The notes under the pieces were generated by a model, which saw only the letters and a list, made by a program, of their open reading frames with translations, did not search any database and was not told where the DNA came from. DNA of 64,000 nucleotides from an uncultured archaeon (GTDB taxonomy: Archaea; Micrarchaeota; Micrarchaeia; Micrarchaeales; CABMGC01). Location: NCBI GenBank assembly GCA_963830445.1, contig CAWHMC010000015.1:3999-67998 (forward strand). The letters are read 5' to 3'. Each line of letters starts with the position of its first letter. Position 1 is the first letter of the stretch. Shown here one piece after another: positions 27,772-37,881 of the stretch. The translations under genes and the position numbers were made by a program.

Positions 27772-29631
27772 ATGCAAACAAAGCTAATGGCATTCTCCGT
27801 AATGCTTGTCCTGGCCTCGATGCTGCCGCTCGGCTACGCCTACACGACCCGGATCCATGCTCCTGCGGTGCTGCAAAGTCAGGATATCGGAGCGCTCACA
27901 CAGCTGCAACTCAACGTCACGCCCGGAAATGGTGGCGTCTATGTCAACGGACCCGCCTATGTGGGCTCCAGCACCACCCAGTCCGCCCAGGCAGCCGCCA
28001 AGTATGCGGCGACGTTCGTCGGGGTAAACGTCTCCCACTACAACTTCACCTACTACGTGCTCGGCAACACCATGAACGTCTCCGGTCCGAGCGCCGGCCT
28101 CGCATTCACGCTGCTCGCGATCTACGGCCTCGAATCGAAGCAGCCGCACAGCAACTTCACCGTGACCGGGACCATAAATCCGGACGGCACCGTGGGCCTG
28201 GTCGGCGGCGTATACGACAAGGCGCAGGTATCCGCCAGCGGCGGCATGAAGTATCTGGTCGTGCCAAATGCGAGCAGCGACGCCCTGGAGGAGCTCATCT
28301 ACTACATCGCGCAGCAGACGTTCAAGCTGCCCCTAGTCCAGGTCTCCAACGTCCTGCAGGCGCTCCCCTACGCGGCCGGAGTCTCGCCGCTCACAATCCA
28401 GCCCATCAGCCCGAACCTGACCCAGTCCTACAACCTCTCGGTGGTTAAGCAGTCCACGCTGGTCTGCAGCCAGTGCAACATGAGCGCCTTCGCCCAGCTC
28501 ACCAACTTCACCTTCAATCTGGGTAATTATGCGATATACAACATAAGCAGCAACTACAGCGCGGTAACCACACAGCTGGAGCAGCAGCTCGCCCTCTACA
28601 AGCAGATCTCGTCCAAGGGCTATCTGTACACGGGCGCGGACCTCGCGTTCCAGCAGTACCCCTACGAGTTCCTGCTGGCAGAGTCCAACTCCTATTCGCA
28701 GGGTGCAGCCTATGGTGTCATATACAACGTTTCCGGTTACTGCGACGGCCTCACGCCGCCCCAGCTCACCAACCTGAACTACGAGTACGTGGTGGGAGGA
28801 GAGCTCCGCCAGGCGCTCGCCCAGGTTAGCGTGGGCGAAGCCTACAACGCACTGAACACCTCCCAGTCCACAGATGACATAATAAACGCTCTCAGCACCA
28901 CCGCAGAGGCCTATGCCTGGTGCAGGGCATCCAACGAGATGTACTCCATCGCCACGAACCTCGGCGGCACCCCCGTGCAGGAGTCGGTGGGCCTGATGAA
29001 CCCGGCAGCCGCCGCCGCAGTAAGCGCAGCAGCGCAGTACCCGGGCATATATGCCCAGGCAGCGCAGATCGCCTACAACAACAGCGAATACTCCGCCGCT
29101 CTCTACGCGGCCACCTACGCACGTACCTTCCGGGGCGGCTTCAGCCCGGCCAATTACACCTCCGCGGAAGCGTCCCTGCTGCAGCGCCAGGCCACCAATG
29201 ACACCTACGGCATCTGGCCCACCGAGTTTGCCGATTCGGCGCTGTTCTATCTGCAGCAGCTCAACGCCTCCAAGAGCTCTGTCCCAGATGACATAAACAA
29301 TGCCTACTCGCTCGCGCTCCTGGCCTCGAACCTCAACTCCGAGAACCGCTTCATCGCGGGCAACCTCACCTCAATCACGCAGGCGTCGCCGCCCTGGGCC
29401 AACAGCTCCGTCCTAATAAATCTAGTAATAAATCAGTCGCAGCAGCTCTCCAGCCTCCAGACACGCGTCGACACGCTGCTCTCCGTGGTCCAGTTCCTCT
29501 CGGTGCTCGTAGTCCTGATGCTCATGGTGCTGATGTTCCTCTTCGTGAGGGAGCTGCACCGCATCAGAACAGCGCGCAGGGTAAAGCCCGCAGGTGCAGC
29601 GCAGCAGCGCAGAAGACACCGCAGCAGTTAA
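27772..29631 (+). CDS. Surface-anchored Lon-like (S16) serine protease without ATPase domain
   Basis: Signal peptide, VSGPSAG, TGTINPDG.VG.VGGVYDK, C-terminal TM plus basic tail. Confidence 0.85.
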   Translation: MQTKLMAFSVMLVLASMLPLGYAYTTRIHAPAVLQSQDIGALTQLQLNVTPGNGGVYVNGPAYVGSSTTQSAQAAAKYAATFVGVNVSHYNFTYYVLGNTMNVSGPSAGLAFTLLAIYGLESKQPHSNFTVTGTINPDGTVGLVGGVYDKAQVSASGGMKYLVVPNASSDALEELIYYIAQQTFKLPLVQVSNVLQALPYAAGVSPLTIQPISPNLTQSYNLSVVKQSTLVCSQCNMSAFAQLTNFTFNLGNYAIYNISSNYSAVTTQLEQQLALYKQISSKGYLYTGADLAFQQYPYEFLLAESNSYSQGAAYGVIYNVSGYCDGLTPPQLTNLNYEYVVGGELRQALAQVSVGEAYNALNTSQSTDDIINALSTTAEAYAWCRASNEMYSIATNLGGTPVQESVGLMNPAAAAAVSAAAQYPGIYAQAAQIAYNNSEYSAALYAATYARTFRGGFSPANYTSAEASLLQRQATNDTYGIWPTEFADSALFYLQQLNASKSSVPDDINNAYSLALLASNLNSENRFIAGNLTSITQASPPWANSSVLINLVINQSQQLSSLQTRVDTLLSVVQFLSVLVVLMLMVLMFLFVRELHRIRTARRVKPAGAAQQRRRHRSS

Positions 29632-29635
29632 CGGA

Positions 29636-30493
29636 TCAGATGAAGAACGCAGCGCCAAGAAGTATTGCGAGCAGCGCGAGCGCCATGGCCACCAGGGAGA
29701 TGTTGCGCGCATTCTTGTAGAACTCGGCGCTCGTCCTGCTAAGATAATCGCTCGAGATGTAGAGCAGGAGCACGTCGGATACTATTATCGGAAGGCCGTA
29801 GGCCAGGTTGTTGAGGAACGGGAGGACGTAGCGGAAGAGGTAGGCGCTTATCCCTATGGCTGCAAGGTAAAGAATAAACGCAACATAGGATGCGGCCTTC
29901 CATCCCATTATCCTGGGCAGCGAGTTGACCCGGCGTGCCTTGTCCCCCTCCAGGTCGCGCACCGTCCCGTGTATCTCGCGGGCGAGCCCGCTCAGGAAGA
30001 TCATCGCGCTGACGATAAGTATTACGCTCAGGCCAGAACCGCTCTTCACATAGCTCCCATATATGAACGGAATCACCATCGCGAACGCGATGTAGATGTT
30101 GCCGAGAAGCAGCACCTCCTTGAGCCTGTAGCTGTAGAGCATGGCGAGAGCGCCGAATATTACAGCTATGACGACGCAGTAGAGGTTTATGAACGCGCTG
30201 GCAGCGATGCCGACCACAAGGCATATCGTCGTGATGTAGAGCGCCGAGCTGCGCGAGAGCTCTCCGGTGACCAGCGGCCCTTTCTTCTTGTTGGCCTTGT
30301 CCACCTCGACGTCGAAGTAGTCGTTTATGGCGAAGGCCGCCATGCTCACGAATATGGGCGTAATCAGACTGGCGATAAATATCGAAAGGCTGGGGAGCCC
30401 GCCGGCGATGAGCTCCGCCGCTATGACAGCGACCACGAGCATCAGGCTGTGCTCTATGCGTGTGAGCTTGAATATCGCGGAGACCTTTCCCAT
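29636..30493 (-). CDS. UbiA prenyltransferase, probable DGGGP synthase
   Basis: NDYFDVEVDKAN, YSYRLK, AREI...RDLEGD. Confidence 0.85.
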   Translation of the reverse strand: MGKVSAIFKLTRIEHSLMLVVAVIAAELIAGGLPSLSIFIASLITPIFVSMAAFAINDYFDVEVDKANKKKGPLVTGELSRSSALYITTICLVVGIAASAFINLYCVVIAVIFGALAMLYSYRLKEVLLLGNIYIAFAMVIPFIYGSYVKSGSGLSVILIVSAMIFLSGLAREIHGTVRDLEGDKARRVNSLPRIMGWKAASYVAFILYLAAIGISAYLFRYVLPFLNNLAYGLPIIVSDVLLLYISSDYLSRTSAEFYKNARNISLVAMALALLAILLGAAFFI

Positions 30494-30541
30494 GCTAGTC
30501 TAACCTATAACCCGTTCAAGGTATAAAAATAGCGACCCCGC

Positions 30542-30949
30542 CTACTTCGGCACGGTCGCGTTCGCCGGGACAACCTTGTTAGGTGCTATGCTCCTGTAGA
30601 TCACCGCTCCCCTCCCAATGTCCGCTCCCTCGCCGATCCGCACACGCCCTGTTACGCTGACTCCATCGTGCACCGTGGCTCGCGCACAGACCAGCGCTTT
30701 GTCGTCCATGTTGACCCTAGGCGAGACCTTTGCCGTCTCATGCACGAACGGCCCTACGGTGCCGTCATGGTTCTCGCTGCGCACATATCGTTCCCCTTTG
30801 AGGTAAGCGACCTTCTCGTTTGTCCCGAGGTCCACTAGCTGCTCCTCGCTCTTGACGATGCGCACGCTGGGTTCCGGCCCCCTGACACACTCTTCAAAAG
30901 TGAAAGCAAAGGACGTCTGCTCCTCTTCTCTAAATCTAACCGCTTGCAT
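30542..30949 (-). CDS. Orphan protein with C-terminal hexapeptide repeats
   Basis: NHDGTVGPFVHETAKV..VRIGEGADIG resembles the 20874 protein; start uncertain. Confidence 0.55.
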   Translation of the reverse strand: MQAVRFREEEQTSFAFTFEECVRGPEPSVRIVKSEEQLVDLGTNEKVAYLKGERYVRSENHDGTVGPFVHETAKVSPRVNMDDKALVCARATVHDGVSVTGRVRIGEGADIGRGAVIYRSIAPNKVVPANATVPK

Positions 30950-31057
30950 CTCTACTTCCCCGTCTATATTATGACTGTCAATTATTTTATGTCTTTCCCT
31001 GAACGTTCCTAAAAGGCTATATAGTTTCACGCGCATCTCCTATATTGTGGGAGCAAG

Positions 31058-31360
31058 ATGGCGCAAATTACTACGATGGACGTCACCAAAGCACTGAAGA
31101 GCACGGTGGATCCAGAGATAGGACTCAACATAGTGGACCTCGGATTGATCTACAACATCAACGTCGATTCGGCGAACGATGTCGACCTAAAGATAACGAT
31201 GACGAGCCCGATGTGCCCTGTGACAACAATAATACTCGCAGATGTCCAGCTCCGCTTGGAACAGATAGCAGGAGTGGGAAAAGTCAATGTGGACCTGGTC
31301 TGGGAGCCCGCCTGGACACCTGAGATGATTACTGAGGAGGCGCGCCTGGGGCTGCAGTGA
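31058..31360 (+). CDS. DUF59/SufT-like Fe-S cluster assembly factor
   Basis: VDPEIGLNIVDLGLIY, TSPMCP, WEPAWTPE. Confidence 0.9.
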   Translation: MAQITTMDVTKALKSTVDPEIGLNIVDLGLIYNINVDSANDVDLKITMTSPMCPVTTIILADVQLRLEQIAGVGKVNVDLVWEPAWTPEMITEEARLGLQ

Positions 31361-32338
31361 TCACTTGCTGCCATGCCTCAACGAGTTCTTGTAAAAGTTC
31401 ACCGCATCCTCTGTGTCCATGTTCTCCGTGGCGCTGAACAGGTCTGTCGGCTTCCCCGCGTTTTCCAGCTTTGGATTGTCGAGAGCCTTTACCGCATCTT
31501 CATAGCTTACTCCGGCCGCCACGAGTTCCTTCAGCAGGAGGGGCTTCTGCTCCTTCAGATCCATCTTCGCTATGTTGCTGAAGAAGTTCACCACCTCAAA
31601 CATGCCCTCGAACGGGCCTGCCGAAAGGTGAACGCAATTGTTCGCGATGCTGACGCTTTGGAATCCATACTCCTTCGCCTCCCTGTACAGTATGCCGCGT
31701 ATCGAGTTTGGATCCGCTTTCTCAGGGAAGGTCGCCCCCACCATCTCATTCTTCAGCGTTGCCCATTCCGTGTCCGAGTGGAGGAGCATCAGCACGATCT
31801 TGTGTGAGGGCGTTGTGAAGTGGGCGAGCATGCTCGGATGGAAGCCGTTGACAAGTATGATGTCGTCGCTGCCACTCTTTATGTGCCTCACGTAGAAGCC
31901 GCTCCTTATCTTCACCGACTTTTCCGCGAACCAGATTCTGTCAAGGCCTTCTGGCGTCTCATTCTTATGCAGCGCCAGATACTCGTGCCCTCCGAGGATC
32001 CTTAACTTCCCTTCCTCCAGGCCGTAGATCTCGGCGATCTTCTTCCTGCTCTCCTGGTCCACCTTCTTTGAAGCGGTGTGGGAGACGACGTCTATGTAGC
32101 CGTAGTGCTTGCTCATTATGTTGTATTCCTCCAGGGTCTTCCCACTCACCGCATAAATGCCGTCGACACTGGCCCCGAACTTCCCGATTGTGTCGAGGAT
32201 CAGCGTCACCGCCTTTCTGATCTTTTTCTTGTCACCCAGCATGAAGATCTCGGGTTTTATGAACAGGAGCAGTTCATTCTCGAACTTCGTCTCCCCTACC
32301 TTCAGCGGGGCGATCTCGTCGTAGCTCTCGCAGCCCAT
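31361..32338 (-). CDS. Enlarged nucleoside-diphosphate-kinase-like protein
   Basis: LLFIKPE, VGATFPEKADPNSIRG, NNCVHLSA; ATG at 32338. Confidence 0.65.
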   Translation of the reverse strand: MGCESYDEIAPLKVGETKFENELLLFIKPEIFMLGDKKKIRKAVTLILDTIGKFGASVDGIYAVSGKTLEEYNIMSKHYGYIDVVSHTASKKVDQESRKKIAEIYGLEEGKLRILGGHEYLALHKNETPEGLDRIWFAEKSVKIRSGFYVRHIKSGSDDIILVNGFHPSMLAHFTTPSHKIVLMLLHSDTEWATLKNEMVGATFPEKADPNSIRGILYREAKEYGFQSVSIANNCVHLSAGPFEGMFEVVNFFSNIAKMDLKEQKPLLLKELVAAGVSYEDAVKALDNPKLENAGKPTDLFSATENMDTEDAVNFYKNSLRHGSK

Positions 32339-32473
32339 CGTCACGTCAACTATTTTGTCTACAATACCAACCGGTGATGCCACATTATCACTTGCAAATC
32401 CGAAACTAGAGATTAATTTATACCTTTTAATATTAATAACAATAAGTTTATAACCTCTATACAGGAGATAAGC

Positions 32474-34232
32474 ATGATGCGCCAGCCGATAATCGTAGTG
32501 ATGGGCCACGTCGATCACGGCAAGACGAGCCTTCTCGACCGCATTAGGAACACCGCCGTGGCGAGCAAGGAGGCGGGCGGCATAACCCAGCACATCGGCG
32601 CCAGCGAGGTGCCCCTGGACGCCATCCAGAAGACAGTGGGAGACCTGCTCACGAAGACCGGGATAAAGATCACGATACCCGGGCTGCTTTTCATAGACAC
32701 GCCGGGCCACGAGGCGTTCACGAATCTGAGGAGGAGGGGCGGCTCAGTCGCCGACCTCGCGATCCTGGTGGTTGACGTCACGAAGAACTTCGAGCCCCAG
32801 ACCTATGAGGCCATAGAGATACTAAAGGAGTACAAGACACCCTTCATCATCGCTGCGAACAAGATAGACCTGATAACCGGATGGCACAACACCGGCAGCT
32901 CCAGCTTCAGCGAGGCGATCGCGAAGCAGAACAAGCAGGTCCAGGAGGAGGTCGAGTCGCGGATCTATACCTTCGTCGGCAAGCTTCAGCGAGGTGGGCT
33001 TCAACGCGGAGCGGTTCGACCGGGTCAAGGACTTCAAGAAAGAGCTGATAATCGTCCCCATAAGCGCGAAGACTGGGGAGGGCATAGCCGAGCTTTTGCT
33101 TTATACCGCTGGCCTTTCGCAGAGATTCCTCGAGGAGCGTCTCCAGATAGAGGTAAAGGGACCTGGCCGAGGCGGCATCCTGGAGCGGAAGGAGGAGAAG
33201 GGGCTGGGCACAACCATCGACGTCATACTCTACAATGGGACACTAAAGGTGAACGACACCATCGCCTTCGCAACCGCCACGGGCATCGGCACCGCGCGCA
33301 TAAAGGCGCTGCTCAAGCCCAAGCCGCTGCAGGAGCTGCGCGAGTCATCGAGCAAGTTCTACTACGTCGACTCGGTGAGCGCGGCCTCGGGAGTGAAGAT
33401 CAGCGGCAGCGGCCTGGAGGATGCGCTGCCCGGCTCATCCGTCATCTCCACAGAGGTTCCGGGCTACGAGAATGAGATAAAGTCCGAGATAAAGGAGGTC
33501 TTCGACGTGGACAAGTCCGGCATAGTGCTAAAGGCGGACTCGATAGGTGGCATAGAGGCGCTCTCCCGCCTGCTCAAGGCCGCCGACATAAACATCGGCA
33601 AGAAGGGCATCGGAAGGGTCACGAAGCGCGACGTGATGGACGCCTTCGGGATGCGCGCCATAGATCCCTACAGCGCCGTTGTAATGGGATTCAACGTGCC
33701 CGCGGAGGAGGAGGCGCTGGACGAGGTGCGAATCACCGGAGTGAAGCTGATAAAAGGGGACGTGATCTACCACATGATCGAGGAGTACCAGGCCTGGCTC
33801 GTCGACGAGAAGCAGAAGAGCAAGATGATGCTCGAGAAGGCGCTTACCTTCCCAGGAATGGTGCAGGCGATCCCGAACAACTGCTTCAGGGCCTCGCATC
33901 CCGCAATCTTCGGAGTGGAGGTCAAGCGCGGCCGGATCAAACCCGGCGTACAGCTGATGAACGAGGAGGGGGAGATAGTGGGCAAGATAAAGGAGATACA
34001 GAACAACGGGGAGAGCGTCCAGGAGGCGAAGATGGGCGAGAGCGTCGCCATCTCGGTAGATGACGCGACCTACGGGCGCCAGATAAAGGACAACGACAAG
34101 CTCTACGTGTTCATAAACGACGACGAGGAGCGCGCCCTGCGCTACAAGTTCAACACCCTGCTGAGCGAGGACGAGCTCGCGCTGCTGGACAAGCTCTCGG
34201 AAGCGAAGTCGAAGAGGAGGAAGGTGCAGTAG
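32474..34232 (+). CDS. infB: Translation initiation factor aIF5B/IF-2 (frameshift near 32990, likely error)
   Basis: [26 protein letters not shown], then SAKTGEG in the second frame. Confidence 0.95.
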
Positions 34233-34296
34233 CTCGCAGGAAGTCCACCAACACGGTCTATTTAATCATATACCTACAACTATTAGTGGTGGATCA

Positions 34297-35283
34297 ATGA
34301 GAAAAATATCAATAGCGATACTGCTTTTCAGCGCCCTGGCGCTGCTGCTGCCCTCTGTCTATGCAGTAGGGTACGGCACGTCCAGCATAACTCTTTCAAC
34401 CACCCAGCTCTCCTTCACGCTGACGGGCCAGCGCAACGCAGTAATCAACTACACCGTCAACCTTGCAAGCGGCAATACCTGGGGCACGACCCTCGCGGTG
34501 GTAAACAACAACCAGCTCTCGGCGCAGGGCATAATGACGAGCATAAGCAACCCCTCCGGCGATCCTCCCTACTCTGGCACGCTCACGGTCTCGCTCGCTG
34601 CATCCGCAACAAACGGCGAATACTCGATAATACTCGCGGCCACCGGCGACGACCCCTCGGCCAGCAATGCGACCGTCTCACTCACCGTGGCCAATCCCTC
34701 CACCACAGTAACCACCATAGCCAGCCAATCCAACGGGACGGTGCATGGAGTATTCACGACCATAAATGTTACATCGACCATTCCTGCTGCGACCCTTGGG
34801 TCAACCTCTGGCGTCCAGGCCTGGTCAATGAACAAGATCATGCTCTACGCGCTCGTGATAATCATAATAATACTGGCTGCACTTTCCATGCTCCTATGGA
34901 AGGCCCTGCCCACGCGGCTTACAGTCATCGGCGTGGCCCTGCTGGTCATCGGCACGGCAGCCTGGCTGTATGGGGACTACAGCGGCGGCAACTTTAAGTA
35001 TATCTGGGGAGGCGTAGCTGCGATAGTAGTGGGCGCTCTCCTATGGATCTATGCGGACCGCAAGCTCCTGGCGCACAGGTCAGCCGCTGCGATGCTCGCC
35101 TGGGTCGGCGTGATACTCATAGGGGTCGGCACGATTGCGTGGCTGTACGGCGATTATACTGGCGGTCAGCTGCAGTACGTCTGGTCAGGGGCAATCGCGA
35201 TCCTGCTCGGTACGCTGATCTGGATAGTCGGAGACTGGAAAGTTGGCGCATTCCTCCGTTCCGTGGGAAAGAAAAAGAGCTAG
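34297..35283 (+). CDS. Surface protein with Ig-like domain and duplicated TM hairpin
   Basis: Signal peptide, Ser/Thr-rich domain, two copies of AWLYGDY.GG...Y.W.G. Confidence 0.75.
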   Translation: MRKISIAILLFSALALLLPSVYAVGYGTSSITLSTTQLSFTLTGQRNAVINYTVNLASGNTWGTTLAVVNNNQLSAQGIMTSISNPSGDPPYSGTLTVSLAASATNGEYSIILAATGDDPSASNATVSLTVANPSTTVTTIASQSNGTVHGVFTTINVTSTIPAATLGSTSGVQAWSMNKIMLYALVIIIIILAALSMLLWKALPTRLTVIGVALLVIGTAAWLYGDYSGGNFKYIWGGVAAIVVGALLWIYADRKLLAHRSAAAMLAWVGVILIGVGTIAWLYGDYTGGQLQYVWSGAIAILLGTLIWIVGDWKVGAFLRSVGKKKS

Positions 35284-35528
35284 CCGCCCTTGAACTGTCC
35301 CATTGCCCTGTGCTTCTTGGCCCATCTTATCCATAGGAGTGAGACGGCCGCTATGGACACCAGTAGCGCCACCAGCATCACGACTATCTTCTGGAACAGG
35401 CTGAAGCCCGTCGCGTAGAAAGCGACGCTCACCAGCGCACCCACCAATACTGCCGTCGGAATAACTACTGTGAGGCCAAGCTCACATCCCATCTCCACTT
35501 TTGGCTTTGCCATGGAATCAACAGGCAC
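35280..35528 (-). CDS. Small two-TM protein
   Basis: Two hydrophobic segments; start uncertain. Confidence 0.55.
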   Translation of the reverse strand: MPVDSMAKPKVEMGCELGLTVVIPTAVLVGALVSVAFYATGFSLFQKIVVMLVALLVSIAAVSLLWIRWAKKHRAMGQFKGG

Positions 35529-35579
35529 CCATGGTGCCCTAAGACTTATAATTATTATAGCGAAAAGGCACGCTGATTA

Positions 35580-35870
35580 CTACTTTATGCTTTTTGGTAC
35601 GGCAAGCGCATTCTCAAGCTCCTTTGCAAGGTCTATCACCTTCTTGCCCTTTTCCGTCGTCCTGTAGGCTATTATTCTCCTGCCTGTCCTCGACCTGGTG
35701 ACTACCTCTTCAATCGCCTTTGCCGCGATAAGCTCGTCCAGCCGCTTCGAGACCGTCGCCGAGCTCAGGCGCTTATTCTTTATCGTGATCTTCGTAAAGT
35801 CGTTGAACGACTTGGGCCCATAGCTATGGGCCAACTCTAGCATCTCCAGAACTCCCTTTATCATTGCCAT
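35580..35870 (-). CDS. Winged-helix regulator (HxlR-like)
   Basis: SFNDF..LSSATVSKRLDEL..AYRTTEKG. Confidence 0.75.
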   Translation of the reverse strand: MAMIKGVLEMLELAHSYGPKSFNDFTKITIKNKRLSSATVSKRLDELIAAKAIEEVVTRSRTGRRIIAYRTTEKGKKVIDLAKELENALAVPKSIK

Positions 35871-35936
35871 ACCTATCGCCTTAGTTTTATGTATGGTACC
35901 TCTACATATAAATACTTTAGCTAGTGCCATATATTT

Positions 35937-35952
35937 CATATTCTAGAATATG
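35937..35952. promoter_or_regulatory. Perfect 16-bp palindrome in a divergent promoter
   Basis: CATATTCTAGAATATG between the regulator and the VOC gene. Confidence 0.5.
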
Positions 35953-36055
35953 CTTTAGGATATATGATTATATAATATAAATAAAGTATTAATTAAATAA
36001 GCAAAGTATTATATACACAAGTGAAGTAATAGTATTGACTATAGAAGGTGGAAGA

Positions 36056-36523
36056 ATGAAGAACGAAATAAATGAAATTGCTCATTTTGAGATTCCTGCG
36101 AGGGATCCTGAAAGGTTGAGAAAGTTCTACACCGAGGTGTTTGGCTGGAAGTTCAAAAACTCGGCGGCAAAGAACATGCAGTACTGGACAATACGTACCG
36201 GCACCAAGCACCTGCCCGGTGTCAATGGGGGAATGTACAAGCGGGGCAGCAAGAAGCAGACGCTGGTGAATTACATAAGCACTCCCGACCTGGAAGCCTC
36301 CATGGCGGAAGTAGAAAGGTCAGGAGGCCACATAACCGTGGGCAGAAAGGAGACATTGGGGCACGGATCCACAGCAATAGGCACAGATCCGGAAGGAAAC
36401 GCGATAGGATTGTTCGAATCCGCGGACAGGGGCCTGCTTAGGCAAAAGGGCCTGCAGAGCCAGAGCGGTGCAGACAGGGTAAAATCCAAGCTCAGGAACA
36501 ACAGAACGAAAGATAGTAAATAA
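36056..36523 (+). CDS. VOC/glyoxalase family protein
   Basis: IAHFEIPARDPER..FY..VFGW, GVNGG, DPEGNAIGL. Confidence 0.88.
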   Translation: MKNEINEIAHFEIPARDPERLRKFYTEVFGWKFKNSAAKNMQYWTIRTGTKHLPGVNGGMYKRGSKKQTLVNYISTPDLEASMAEVERSGGHITVGRKETLGHGSTAIGTDPEGNAIGLFESADRGLLRQKGLQSQSGADRVKSKLRNNRTKDSK

Positions 36524-36535
36524 TTGGATGATGGT

Positions 36536-36814
36536 ATGGCGACGAAAACAGGACACGGAATAGGATTACTGCTAGCGGCAATCTTGATTGCACTGATATT
36601 CATCTATGTCCTGCCGCTTACCGGAAGTCTGCTCTACACGCTTCTGATTAATACGATAATAGGGTTCATCGTGATCTTCCTGGTGAATGCACTCTTCGGT
36701 CTGGGTATACGATACGACCTGCTCGTGCTGGTCTTCGTTGCGATCTTCGGGCTGCTTGCGGTGGCCATACTGATAATACTGAATCTGCTCGGAGTCAGCG
36801 AGGCCAAGAAGTAA
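36536..36814 (+). CDS. BofA-like small membrane protein
   Basis: LLINTIIGFIVIFLVN..FG..I....LVFVAIFGL. Confidence 0.6.
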   Translation: MATKTGHGIGLLLAAILIALIFIYVLPLTGSLLYTLLINTIIGFIVIFLVNALFGLGIRYDLLVLVFVAIFGLLAVAILIILNLLGVSEAKK

Positions 36815-36823
36815 CGTGATGAT

Positions 36824-37105
36824 ATGCTTGACATGCTGTTAGCCATAACGATCGGACCCATTGCCTCAGAGATATTGGTAATAGCCGCCATCCTGGTGGT
36901 ACTGTACATAATTCTCAAGCTCGGGAGGGTAATAATCGGTCTTGTGCTAAACAGCGTGCTCGGCCTGATCGCCATATATCTGGTAAACACGATCTTCGGG
37001 CTGGGAATAATATTCAACCTGCTGACGCTGATTGTGGTAGCACTGTTCGGATTACCCGCGGTCGCAATCGTAATAATCCTGAAGCTAATGGGAATCTCGA
37101 TCTGA
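36824..37105 (+). CDS. BofA-like small membrane protein
   Basis: LVLNSVLGLIAIYLVN..FG..I.FN..TLIVVALFGLPAV. Confidence 0.7.
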   Translation: MLDMLLAITIGPIASEILVIAAILVVLYIILKLGRVIIGLVLNSVLGLIAIYLVNTIFGLGIIFNLLTLIVVALFGLPAVAIVIILKLMGISI

Positions 37106-37132
37106 TTTAACTTATACTTAATTTGTGGAAAT

Positions 37133-37705
37133 ATGGAACAAACACATCCTGGGGAGAAAAGGGAGAAGTTTTACACAGTGTCGGCAAGACTGATATTTTC
37201 AGGTGTAATTGCACTGCTGGTTGTCGTAGCAATACTGGGCGCCTCGGTCATCATAAACAACGGCCCGATATTACCGTTGCTCGGCGTAATACAGCTAACT
37301 AATCCAATCATCGGAGGCCCATCCATAGGGATAATATGCACTCCGACCTCATCGGCGTTCGGATGCATCAACCCTGCTTTTAATGCCACTACCGGACTCT
37401 TTACCGTTGCAATGAGGCAAACCAGCGGATACAACTGGACGCTGGTAACCGTGAGATTCGTCGCGGCAGGCACGACCTACTCTCAAACCGGAGTGCCTAT
37501 TCTCTCCTGGTCTCCGCCTCTAGCGGTCAACATAACTGGCGGGCTGGCGAATAACGTCACGAAATATGTTACCATACCTGTGGCCTACGGGCCAGTATCG
37601 GCAGGGACGAATATAACGGGCTCAATATGGGCCAAGTACCAACTGGGTGCAGGCAAGGCGCAGTTCTACGCGAACATGTCCTCTGCGATCATCAGCGTCA
37701 AGTGA
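37133..37705 (+). CDS. Membrane-anchored surface protein
   Basis: N-terminal TM, Cys pair, NxT sites, GSIWAKY. Confidence 0.65.
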   Translation: MEQTHPGEKREKFYTVSARLIFSGVIALLVVVAILGASVIINNGPILPLLGVIQLTNPIIGGPSIGIICTPTSSAFGCINPAFNATTGLFTVAMRQTSGYNWTLVTVRFVAAGTTYSQTGVPILSWSPPLAVNITGGLANNVTKYVTIPVAYGPVSAGTNITGSIWAKYQLGAGKAQFYANMSSAIISVK

Positions 37706-37747
37706 TGGTTGCGGTGGGTCTTGTCTTTACGATTAGAGGTGAATAGA

Positions 37748-37867
37748 ATGGCAAAAAAGAGCAGAGGAGGAAGAATGACAGCCGCCAAGAGGCGTGCAGC
37801 TAAGGGAAAGGGAGGAAAGGGCATGGTCAAGAACCGACCTGCAGGAAAGAAGATAATGAAGACGTAG
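37748..37867 (+). CDS. 39-aa Lys/Arg/Gly-rich small protein
   Basis: GAGGTGA RBS; MAKKSRGGRMTAAKRRAAKGKGGKGMVKNRPAGKKIMKT; terminator follows; below the ORF-track cutoff. Confidence 0.7.
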   Translation: MAKKSRGGRMTAAKRRAAKGKGGKGMVKNRPAGKKIMKT

Positions 37868-37881
37868 TACGTCAGGGCATC

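Noticed and set aside
32960..33020. Programmed frameshift or pseudogene in aIF5B
   Set aside because: Single extra base (AAG CTT C AGC), no slippery heptamer, essential gene; similar isolated indels occur across the window, so sequencing error is more likely. Read mapping would settle it.
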